Source of the DNA: an uncultured archaeon
GTDB lineage: Archaea; Asgardarchaeota; Thorarchaeia; Thorarchaeales; Thorarchaeaceae
Assembly: GCA_964648855.1 (NCBI GenBank)
Contig: CAZYLT010000007.1
Span: 1 to 32,000 of the forward strand
Reading direction: 5' to 3'
DNA: 32,000 bases
The position numbers and the translations under genes were made by a program. Below, piece after piece: positions 1-8,551 of this stretch (the first letter of the stretch is position 1; each line of letters begins with the position of its first letter). The notes under the pieces were generated by a model. It had not been told where the DNA came from, searched no databases, and worked only from the letters and a program-made list of their open reading frames with translations.

Positions 1-46
1 CCACATTCAGCGGTTGCTGGCTGTCCGATTTTGAGTCATCACTCAT
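1..46 (-). CDS. possible 5' end of a gene running off the left edge (MSDDSKSDSQQPLNV...)
   Basis: Minus-strand ATG at 46 is open to the window edge, with AT-rich sequence upstream. Too short to assign. Confidence 0.3.
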   Translation of the reverse strand, partial: MSDDSKSDSQQPLNV

Positions 47-192
47 AGTATGGCTGATTCTCCCATTGCCATTTTTAGTTATCTGATTAGTCAAAGGGCA
101 ATGAAAAATCAGTTCATATCTTTTGTTATTCAGACTAACAGGCATCCAGACCTTACCTAAGGGATTTCGTCCGACTCTGCGAAGCGTGGTCT

Positions 193-693
193 TCAGATTC
201 TTTTGTGTCTGAAATATATATATAGTCCAGCAATCACGACAACGACTACTGAAATCACTGCAATTGGCGGCAGAAACAGCCGAGCCCCTTTTTCCCAAGA
301 GGTTTCACTCCATGTGTCAATGTAAATCCATTGCTCAGTCGGTGATGTGATAACATAGAACAGCATTGGAACGGGGCCATCGAGCACAATCTCTCCTATC
401 TTACCCGAGCTTTTCTCTATGTAATAATCGGGCGGTCCTCCTGCAGTTGCGTTATAGAGGTCCTGATTGACCACCCAAACAGTGACTGAGGAGCTCTCAG
501 CGCTCCAACTGATGGTATGAATCTGGTTGCTTGCGGTTTCAGAATTGAACCAGATGATTTCATACTCGTTTGCCTCCAATAACGTTCGGGCGGAACCATG
601 TTGAACGCCCCCAACTTGCTGGGGTATGCTTGACAATATTAATGCAGCAGTGAGAATCAATAGAGCAGATTTGTGCATCCGCATCATAGCCAC
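193..693 (-). CDS. hypothetical secreted, membrane-anchored protein
   Basis: N-terminal signal-like hydrophobic stretch (SALLILTAALILSS) and a C-terminal TM helix followed by a basic tail (IAVISVVVVVIAGLYIYFRHKRI). Confidence 0.75.
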   Translation of the reverse strand: MAMMRMHKSALLILTAALILSSIPQQVGGVQHGSARTLLEANEYEIIWFNSETASNQIHTISWSAESSSVTVWVVNQDLYNATAGGPPDYYIEKSSGKIGEIVLDGPVPMLFYVITSPTEQWIYIDTWSETSWEKGARLFLPPIAVISVVVVVIAGLYIYFRHKRI

Positions 694-733
694 GACGATG
701 CAGAATAAGCGTATTTTTCATATGAACTCTGCG

Positions 734-949
734 TTATTCTTTGTCTTCGGAGGGCTGGTACGTGCCTGCCCAAAACTCTGGCAATTTACCTTCTCTGGAT
801 GCCATCTCTGCAAGACGAGTCCTCTCCCTCACCTGTTCTTGATTCAGACATCGGAAACACTCCCCGCAGTAGACTTCTCTGACATGCCACTTGTTGTACA
901 TAATCCTCCTACTGGTGCTACCACAGTGGGGACAGGGTTCATCAGACAT
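734..949 (-). CDS. small zinc-ribbon protein
   Basis: CPHCG...CGECFRC knuckle pairs in 71 aa; lies between two same-strand genes. Confidence 0.7.
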   Translation of the reverse strand: MSDEPCPHCGSTSRRIMYNKWHVREVYCGECFRCLNQEQVRERTRLAEMASREGKLPEFWAGTYQPSEDKE

Positions 950-989
950 GTTTCGGTCTTCCGTCTTCAGTTAGAAAATCAACGCGTTG

Positions 990-1538
990 TTATGCCTTTT
1001 CTCTCTTGAGGATATATAGACCAATCCAACCAGCCACGACCACAAGGGAGAACATCAGCAGGCTCATTTTTGCGGCACTTATCAAACTGGTGGCGAGTAG
1101 CATGGTTGTTGAAGTCAATGGGTACACATCTAGCTGATACCATAGGAGAAAATTTTCCAAATAGTCAAAGAGTGCAGTTATGAATGGAATGACCACAACT
1201 TTTCTCGGTCTGTTTTTTGGGGGAAGGATTTCTCTATTGATTAGAGCAATGGCCGAGGAGAGTGTCACTGCTAGGCTTATTGGAAAGCCCATATCGAATA
1301 TGTGAAAGAGATGATATAATGCAATTCCTTCGCTGCCGAGAGCTTCAGCAAGGTCATAGAAACCTGAAGGCGAATATGCAAACCTCATATCGAGTGGAAG
1401 CCGACCTCCAGAGGTTACTAGAAGCTGCGGAAGTAGCACAAGCATCATTATCCCGGAGAAGAAGGCTGTTGCTACTATTGCTACCAGTAGAGTTGTCTTA
1501 CTCGCTCTTTCATGAATGCGTTCAATCATCCCAACCAA
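990..1538 (-). CDS. hypothetical integral membrane protein (about 4 TM)
   Basis: Four hydrophobic segments with conserved-looking motifs LDMRFAYS, DMGFP and DYLEN. Confidence 0.75.
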   Translation of the reverse strand: MVGMIERIHERASKTTLLVAIVATAFFSGIMMLVLLPQLLVTSGGRLPLDMRFAYSPSGFYDLAEALGSEGIALYHLFHIFDMGFPISLAVTLSSAIALINREILPPKNRPRKVVVIPFITALFDYLENFLLWYQLDVYPLTSTTMLLATSLISAAKMSLLMFSLVVVAGWIGLYILKREKA

Positions 1539-1635
1539 CAGGTAACAATTCGAATATTCTCTCTATAACTCATTCCTTTTTCAAGAGCGTTCTCTAAAAA
1601 CAATATCTCTTATTACAGACGTCTATTCCTGTTAC

Positions 1636-2538
1636 TTGATCGCAATGATGCAACTTCTCGTGACCGGCGTGCTTCTAGGGATTCTTCTGGCTATCGTGAC
1701 CTCCTTGATGTGGAACATTGCTCCCATCATCCAGAAAGAAGCTCTTTCCACCATGGAGGACATAGAGGTCTCCGGTGCCTTGAAGCAGACCAGAGCATTA
1801 TTCAAGAACAAGAGATGGCTTGCTGGGTTTGCTATTTCGTTGCTTGGAGGGTTAACCTATCTACTCGCCACTCAAATGGCAGGCATCGTTGTCGTCCAGC
1901 CGCTCATGAACGTTGGACTCATCGCATTGGTAATTTTGTCTCATCGTCGACTACATGAGGAGATTGATGCCAAGGCGATAATTGGAGTCATCATGCTGAT
2001 TCTGACACCCGTGTTCATTGCCTTTGGAGGGGTAACGGAACCAATGATGTTCACGTCATATGATGGAATTCTCCTTTACACAATTATTCTCCTAATTGGA
2101 GTTGGCATTATGGTACCTGCAACCAGACGTGTGTCTATACTATGGGCGCCGATAACTTCACTCTTGCAGGCATTAGCGTCACAATACACGCAGTGGTTCA
2201 CGCTTTCACTGTTCGCAGGGACCAACATTATTGAAGGATTCACCAATGCCTTGATCCCTCTTATTTTACTGGGTATTTTCACATTTGCAGCGGGAGTCTA
2301 TACAATCTCCATTGGACTGCAAAGAAATCCCGCTGCGCGATTCAATGCAATCACAGGGACCATAAGTATGTTCGCGGTGATATTCGGTGGACTCTATATC
2401 TATAGTCAGAGTATGACCAATATCCTATTCTACGGACTGGGTCTAGCTTGCGGCATTATTGGTGTGATACTCCTGAGTCGGTTCCAAGACAAGGAATTTT
2501 CTGGTGCAGAATCTGGAGAGCTTGGTGGCAGTGCATAG
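1636..2538 (+). CDS. DMT-superfamily (EamA/NIPA-like) transporter
   Basis: About 9 TM helices. The IIQKEA...RWLAG...VVVQPL...LHEEI pattern is typical of NIPA/EamA-like DMT proteins. Confidence 0.7.
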   Translation: MIAMMQLLVTGVLLGILLAIVTSLMWNIAPIIQKEALSTMEDIEVSGALKQTRALFKNKRWLAGFAISLLGGLTYLLATQMAGIVVVQPLMNVGLIALVILSHRRLHEEIDAKAIIGVIMLILTPVFIAFGGVTEPMMFTSYDGILLYTIILLIGVGIMVPATRRVSILWAPITSLLQALASQYTQWFTLSLFAGTNIIEGFTNALIPLILLGIFTFAAGVYTISIGLQRNPAARFNAITGTISMFAVIFGGLYIYSQSMTNILFYGLGLACGIIGVILLSRFQDKEFSGAESGELGGSA

Positions 2539-2912
2539 GGCTTTGGTTGTGAGCAGAATTGACGACTTTGCATTGATTGCACTACTCTAACAAACACATA
2601 TGATTTTCATCATTTAGCATAGGGTTGGGATTAACGTGGTTCCACAAGAAGTACCCATCATAACAGGTGTCCTCTCCTAGAGATTTGGTCCACATACTGC
2701 TTGATATTGAACACCAAGTACATGTATCCATTCCAAATGAGTGGAAATATGATAGTTATTGCAGATTCAACCATCAGAATGATGCTCTCCACAATGGAAC
2801 CCGTACAGCATTCGGCCCCAACCATAAATATTGACATTACAAATCGATATAGGACTCCGATTTCGAGCAGCTAGACTAGTAACACAAAAGTGAACTGATT
2901 GACTCGCCTGAC

Positions 2913-3608
2913 TTAAGAGATCTTGTGGAGGAACGCTCTCCCCTTTTTCCCTGATACTTGTACTAGGTTCATCTTTCTCAAAGTGTAAGTAATTTTCTGT
3001 GCGATTCGATTCTTGATTCCAATAGCCTCTGCAAGTTGTTTATTCGTAAAAGGAATGTCAATATCATCAGGGATAAGGGCAAGCAAATCTTCACCAGTTC
3101 TAAAGAGATACTTTTCTTCAATGCTTAACAGCTGCCGGTCCACTATACTCCATCCCTTCCTTCTCCAGCTCCCTTTTTTGTCGTTCACCCAGATTTCTTC
3201 CTCTGATATGAGAAGAACCTCCAGCTCGACACCTCTTATACCCAAAAGAAGTGGCGCATGAACTAGTTCCTCAAACAGGTTGAAGATGTCCTGTTTCTTA
3301 GGTGACTTTCTGCGACTCAAAACTTCACTCCGATCCATGCTCTCTCTGATAATCCATCTCTCTTTGGCTATCGGATGAACAACGGTGATTCGGTACTTCT
3401 TGGCTAGCTCGGCTAATTTGTCTTGAAGGGCTGCGAGATTCCCAACTTGGACCTCTATGATGCGGCCTCCTCTGAGAATATCCGCCACGAAGTTATCGAC
3501 ACTAGCTTCAATGAGGTCGCCTTCCTTTGAATACTTCTCTTTCAGCTTTGCATGGAGTGTACTCTCACTAAGCGTTCCAATGTGGTTCCCATGCCCAGAT
3601 GAGCTCAT
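2913..3608 (-). CDS. conserved hypothetical protein: PD-(D/E)xK-like nuclease plus C-terminal winged HTH
   Basis: ESTLH...IE...VADI...IIEVQ nuclease-like motif; the C-terminal PFTNKQLAEAIGI...TYTLRKMNLV...GKKGRA looks like a wHTH. Confidence 0.6.
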   Translation of the reverse strand: MSSSGHGNHIGTLSESTLHAKLKEKYSKEGDLIEASVDNFVADILRGGRIIEVQVGNLAALQDKLAELAKKYRITVVHPIAKERWIIRESMDRSEVLSRRKSPKKQDIFNLFEELVHAPLLLGIRGVELEVLLISEEEIWVNDKKGSWRRKGWSIVDRQLLSIEEKYLFRTGEDLLALIPDDIDIPFTNKQLAEAIGIKNRIAQKITYTLRKMNLVQVSGKKGRAFLHKIS

Positions 3609-3701
3609 GCATCTAGACTGCCATTGGCAACTATAAAACTGTACAATACCTGGGCAGTGCCTTTGTTGGAACCACCCAGATATTGTTTTCCTCTCAATAT
3701 A

Positions 3702-3866
3702 TTACTCAATGAGAGTCAGTTCTTCGCCACAGCAGTGGAATGAGCAACCGCATTCACCGTCATCGCCGCAGCACTCTGAGCACTCATTTACTATTTTGAT
3801 TTCAAGTCCACACTCTTCACAGGCATAGACCTGTCCCTTTTTCATGTCATGACAATGTAATCCCAT
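3702..3866 (-). CDS. 54-aa Cys-rich desulforedoxin-like metal-binding protein (absent from the ORF track)
   Basis: Manual translation: MGLHCHDMKKGQVYACEECGLEIKIVNECSECCGDDGECGCSFHCCGEELTLIE*. G-x-VY-x-CxxCG...CCG matches the desulforedoxin pattern. Confidence 0.8.
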   Translation of the reverse strand: MGLHCHDMKKGQVYACEECGLEIKIVNECSECCGDDGECGCSFHCCGEELTLIE

Positions 3867-4012
3867 TTCTTCAACATCCTGTCTTTAGATTTAGCGTCCT
3901 TTATCGTAGTCGAATATTATTCTTACCATGTATACCGGTTTACCCTGCTGCCCTCCGCAATGATATTCTATATCAGGCGGTTTGCATCTGCTATGCGAAA
4001 GAGTGATGACCG

Positions 4013-5122
4013 ATGTCTAAGAAGGCAAGAGCTGCAGTGGTTCCCGAACCCAATGCTGATTTGGAAATTCGTGAATATGAGATTCCAGAGCTTGTTCCTG
4101 GTTCTGCTTTGTTGAAAGTTGCAAATGTTGGGGTATGTGGAACCGATGTGCATCTTTGGCACGGGAAGTTATCAGGCGTTCCCTACCCACTTATTCTTGG
4201 ACACGAAGTAGTTGGAACCATAGAGGAAGTCGGACCCAGCGAAATCACCAATATTGATGGTGATGTCATCAGACCCGGTGACCGAGTTGTCTTTCACGAT
4301 GTGACAAAGACATGTTATTCCTGCTGGCATTGTCTGATTGCGAAGAACCCCACGATGTGCCCCAACCGTGAGGTGTATGGGATTACACGAGATCCAGAAA
4401 AATGGCCACATCTCCTTGGAGGATACTCTGAGTATGTCTATCTCACTCCAGGAACACACATTGTAAAGCTCCCCGATCATGTCAGCTTCGATGGGGCAAG
4501 TGCTCTTGGATGTGCAATGCCCACCGCCGTTCATACCGTCCACCGAAGCCCCATGGCATTTGAAAAGAACGTTGTTGTTCAAGGGGCTGGACCTGTTGGA
4601 TTGATGATAACAATTCTGGCTAGTATCAGTGGAGCATCAACTATCGTTTCAATCGACCAGACAGAACACCGATTAGAGCTGGCAAAGAAATTCGGTGCCA
4701 CCCACACATTGAACATTTCGTCAACTTCAATTGAAGAACGGGTCGAATTCACGCGGAACCTCACACAGAATCATGGACCTGACATAGTCTATGAGGCTAC
4801 TGGCAACCCACTCGCCTTTCGCGAAGGCATTCTTCTAGTCCGAAGGGGAGGCTCTTATTCTGTCTGTGGGCAATATACAGACCATGGTGATGTGAAAATC
4901 AACCCCCACCTCATGAATAGAAAACATTTGGATATCAAGACTGTTTGGGGTTCCGAAACCAAACATCTCTACGAGGCCATAGGTGTGCTCTCGTCCCATT
5001 ACAATCGGTTTCCCTTCGAGGAACTGGTCACTCATACTTTTAGTCTGGACGAGGCTCAAAAGGCACTTGAAACACGGGAAAACAGAGAATCAGTGAAAGC
5101 TGTCATAAAACCTTGGAAGTGA
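4013..5122 (+). CDS. zinc-dependent medium-chain (MDR) alcohol dehydrogenase
   Basis: GVCGTD, GHE, structural Zn site CYSCWHC-x7-C and GAGPVG Rossmann motif. Confidence 0.92.
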   Translation: MSKKARAAVVPEPNADLEIREYEIPELVPGSALLKVANVGVCGTDVHLWHGKLSGVPYPLILGHEVVGTIEEVGPSEITNIDGDVIRPGDRVVFHDVTKTCYSCWHCLIAKNPTMCPNREVYGITRDPEKWPHLLGGYSEYVYLTPGTHIVKLPDHVSFDGASALGCAMPTAVHTVHRSPMAFEKNVVVQGAGPVGLMITILASISGASTIVSIDQTEHRLELAKKFGATHTLNISSTSIEERVEFTRNLTQNHGPDIVYEATGNPLAFREGILLVRRGGSYSVCGQYTDHGDVKINPHLMNRKHLDIKTVWGSETKHLYEAIGVLSSHYNRFPFEELVTHTFSLDEAQKALETRENRESVKAVIKPWK

Positions 5123-5434
5123 TACTCCTCGCGCCGTTCCCTGTAAATGGGCACTGTTGAACACAGGAGCGTTGTCATCCCACAAACGGTACTGGGGTGG
5201 ACTCCTCAAGGTCCTCGAGCAGATTGAGTTGGCTCCAAATGGCAGGTCAGGCATATCTTATCTGGGCATAGCACTGAAGTCATCTCATTGTCCAAATAGC
5301 CACCCAAGCACTGTTCAACTTTACCCGAGTTTCTCCCAGTTGTTCAGTACGCGCTGTTAGGATAAACTACACCAAGGAAGATTTCATCTCTGATTCATTA
5401 ACGCTATTGACGATAAAGATTCGCAAGGCATAAG

Positions 5435-5443
5435 TTTTTAATA
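5435..5443 (+). promoter_or_regulatory. putative TATA box for the CLC gene
   Basis: TTTTTAATA about 75 bp upstream of the ATG at 5519. Confidence 0.3.
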
Positions 5444-5518
5444 TGACACACAGCCGCCTCGATTTAACATTCATTTTACCCTTCCGTAGGTTGTTGGAAC
5501 CAAGGGAGGCCAGAAGAG

Positions 5519-7318
5519 ATGTTTAAGAAAGAGCTACTCAAACAAAGAGTAATACTTTACGTCTTAGGTGCAATCATTGGAGCAGCATCTGGTCTTGGCG
5601 CAGTTATCTTTAGGTATCTAGTTCTCTATCCTAGCTATTTCTTTGCAGCCATCCCTGCTCACCTTGGTATGATTGGATGGGTTATTGCCCCTGTTCTTGG
5701 GGGATTCTTGGTTGCAGGGCTTACATACAAGTACGCACCGGAAGCAAAGGGACATGGTGTCCCTGAGGTGATAACTTCCTATTCGCTCCAGGCAGGTAGG
5801 ATGAGGGATAGGATTCCAATAGTGAAGAGCATTGCATCTGGATTGTCTATCTCATCTGGCGGATCATGTGGACGAGAAGGACCTATAGCTCAGATTGGAG
5901 CAGGTATTGGGTCTGTGATAGCCACCAGACTCAATCTTGGAAAGAAGGAACGTAAGACCCTCTTAGTATGCGGTCTCTCGTCGGGTATTGCTGCCACATT
6001 TAACGCCCCCCTTGGAGGAACACTATTTGGAATTGAAATTATCGCTGGAGGTATTGTGGGTTTCTCTATTGTTCCAGTTATCCTGGCATCCGTTGTTGGA
6101 ACTGCGGTTTCATATACCCTGATCGGTCCAGAGGTGTCCTTCAGAGCCCCTCCCTTTGCATTGGAAGATCCCGCGCAATTGATATTCTATCTGTTTCTTG
6201 GATTATTGCTTGGAGTAGGGAGCATAGTTTGGAACAGAGGTTTCTACTACATAGAGGTGTTTTTTGAACGGCTGAAGATTTCTGGATATATATTGCCTGC
6301 AATAGGCGGGCTATTGGTTGGTCTAATGGGAATCCTCTCGATATTCTTGGAGAACATGATGGGATACTCTGGCTTGTTTGCCCCGGATGAACCATATTTT
6401 CCAGCCATAATGGGGGTGGGATATGCCTTTATTGACGCTACTTTGGCAGCCAACGTCGCCTTGGGTGTGCTGGTTCTATTTGGTATTCTAAAAGCAATAG
6501 CCACATCTCTGACACTAGGATCTGGAGGTTCAGGCGGTGTGGTTGCTCCAACGCTATATATTGGAGCCGCCTTTGGTGGAGCGTTTGGATTATTCTTTTC
6601 GATAATCTTTCCTAGTATCATCACCCAACCTATGGCATTCGCTTTGGTAGGAATGGCGGCTTTGATTGGTGCGAGTAATAAGGCTCCTGTAACATCAATT
6701 ATGATTGTAATGGAATTGACGCGCGGCTATTCAATGATTCTTCCTCTGATGGCTGCAGTTTCTGCCTCCTACTTGGTTTCATATGTAATTGACGAAACAA
6801 GTATTTCCACAATGAAGCTGGTACGCGAGGGCGTTATCCTAGAACCAGGTCTTCATGTAGGTGCACTCAAGGCAATCGAGGTGGGCGAGGTCATGACATG
6901 TAGTCCAACCATCCTACGACCTGATATGACCACTGAAGATGTATTGGAGATAGTTGACAAAACACACCATACCAAATATCCAGTTATTGACTATGACGGC
7001 CGCGTAGTGGGGTCGCTTATTACCGAAGACCTGTTCAGTGAAACGAAGTCTGGAGAAGAAAGAATAGTCCGAAACCTGATGAACAAGGATTTCCTCCGAA
7101 TCTCTCCCAGTTGTCGGATGGATAGTGCCCTCCATGCTATGATGATACGAGATGAAGGCCATGCTGTAGTTTCAGAAGCGTCCGAGCCGGAAAAGATGCT
7201 TGGGTTCATCACAAAGGCAGACGTACTCAAAGCATACGAGATTGCAATATTCCGTCTTCAACAAAGGGGTATGGATATTGAGGACATAGGACCTCCTGAC
7301 ATCGTTGAAATACCGTGA
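5519..7318 (+). CDS. CLC-family anion channel/antiporter with two C-terminal CBS domains
   Basis: GHGVPE, GREGP, FNAPLGG and GSGGSGG motifs, then a CBS pair (VGEVMT...YPVID...GFITKAD). Confidence 0.93.
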   Translation: MFKKELLKQRVILYVLGAIIGAASGLGAVIFRYLVLYPSYFFAAIPAHLGMIGWVIAPVLGGFLVAGLTYKYAPEAKGHGVPEVITSYSLQAGRMRDRIPIVKSIASGLSISSGGSCGREGPIAQIGAGIGSVIATRLNLGKKERKTLLVCGLSSGIAATFNAPLGGTLFGIEIIAGGIVGFSIVPVILASVVGTAVSYTLIGPEVSFRAPPFALEDPAQLIFYLFLGLLLGVGSIVWNRGFYYIEVFFERLKISGYILPAIGGLLVGLMGILSIFLENMMGYSGLFAPDEPYFPAIMGVGYAFIDATLAANVALGVLVLFGILKAIATSLTLGSGGSGGVVAPTLYIGAAFGGAFGLFFSIIFPSIITQPMAFALVGMAALIGASNKAPVTSIMIVMELTRGYSMILPLMAAVSASYLVSYVIDETSISTMKLVREGVILEPGLHVGALKAIEVGEVMTCSPTILRPDMTTEDVLEIVDKTHHTKYPVIDYDGRVVGSLITEDLFSETKSGEERIVRNLMNKDFLRISPSCRMDSALHAMMIRDEGHAVVSEASEPEKMLGFITKADVLKAYEIAIFRLQQRGMDIEDIGPPDIVEIP

Positions 7319-7501
7319 AGAGTCTGTATGTCCTGTGATTGATTTAGTTGTGGGTCTTCCCTTCAATCTTAACTAGCGATGAGATCCCTTTAGATTCTAT
7401 TGAAATCTATTAGGAGAAAGCAACGGACATCTATACTTATGAAGGTCATTACAGTTGCTGCCCCCCACCGCAGTTCCCTATGACGTATATTCAAAGCGTT
7501 C

Positions 7502-7696
7502 TTGCTAAACAAGCAGAATCAGAATTACCTTACTTGTTGCTTTGGAAATGAGCTTTTTCGGCGCAATTATGAGGTTGCAAGGGAATTAACAAGATGTACA
7601 CACATGCCCAAGTTCATCGAGCTCTACCAGATCAGAAAACGTGTGGAAAGCTCGCTCGAATCGCGTAAAACAAAAACCAACAGAGCTGTTTGGTAA
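7502..7696 (+). pseudogene. possible DDE transposase remnant
   Basis: YQIRKRVESSLESRK fits the Y-x2-R-x3-E-x6-K (YREK) signature of IS4-like transposases. It sits in an otherwise empty gap of about 450 bp; no terminal inverted repeats were recognised. Confidence 0.3.
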
Positions 7697-7771
7697 TCAG
7701 CAGATATCAACTGAGTTTTGGAGAAGGTAGATACGAGGGTCTGCAATAGGCCCTCTGATCAGTTCAGATGT

Positions 7772-8551
7772 CTATTCAATAATCAATATCGCGTCAACAA
7801 AAAGCTCATATTCCTCATCCTCATCAAGATTCAGAATTAGTGCCTTTTCCACTTCTTCTTCTCCGCGGACTTCAAGAAGCCTTGACTCATAAAGCACTTT
7901 AACTGCCGAGTTACGGAGTTCTTGTTTCAATTCATCGGTCGTAACGATTCGTGATTCTGGAGTCAATAGAACCACCCTGTCAGTTACATCTGTCAGCTCA
8001 AGTGCAGCTTCAACTGATTCATCTCCAGTGTGCAATACCAAGGTTCGCTTGTTTTCAAATTGGCTTCTATCCATCCACGACAGGTACACACCTTTGTCCA
8101 GAAATTCATCTTTGCCCACAACACATTCGGGTTCCTCCTCTTTCTGCTTCTCTTCCATTACCACTGCCTCGCCTTTACCCATCTTGTAGTTCTTGATAGC
8201 CTCATGAAGTGCTTCGGTGGCCAGATTTGAGCAGTGCATCTTGATTGGTGGCAGCCCGTCAAGTTCGTCAGCCACATCCGCGCGAGTGAGTTCCAAGGCT
8301 TCGTCTATCGTCATGCCTTTGACCATCTCTGTAGCCATGCTTGTGGTTGCTATGGCTGAACCACAGCCAAATGTTCTGAATCTTGCATCCTTTATCACAT
8401 CGTCCTCAACCTCTAGGAATATCTCCATGATATCCCCACATGTGGGATTTCCCACTTTCCCGCGGACGACATTATCGCCTTCAAGCGTACCAACATTTCT
8501 TGGATTTCTAAAATGGTCGAGAACCTTTTCTGAATATTCTGTTGATTTCAT
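7772..8551 (-). CDS. iscU: IscU/NifU-N Fe-S scaffold fused to a degenerate thioredoxin-reductase-like NADPH domain
   Basis: aa 1-125 carry NPRNVG, NPTCGD, FGCGS and LPPIKMHC (C38, C63, C107). aa 144-259 follow the TrxR central domain. Confidence 0.9.
   Translation of the reverse strand: MKSTEYSEKVLDHFRNPRNVGTLEGDNVVRGKVGNPTCGDIMEIFLEVEDDVIKDARFRTFGCGSAIATTSMATEMVKGMTIDEALELTRADVADELDGLPPIKMHCSNLATEALHEAIKNYKMGKGEAVVMEEKQKEEEPECVVGKDEFLDKGVYLSWMDRSQFENKRTLVLHTGDESVEAALELTDVTDRVVLLTPESRIVTTDELKQELRNSAVKVLYESRLLEVRGEEEVEKALILNLDEDEEYELFVDAILIIE

Noticed and set aside
626-1597. Plus-strand ORFs 626-1009 and 1262-1597, and similar antisense ORFs throughout the track
   Set aside because: They are shadows of better-supported opposite-strand genes and carry no motifs.
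5123-5400. Selenoprotein through UGA read-through
   Set aside because: Frames containing TGA give no UxxC/CxxU or recognisable family, and I could not identify a SECIS element.
5519-7318. Fluoride-specific CLC-F
   Set aside because: Lacks the GNNLI/GMGLI, GREGT and GEVTP signatures.
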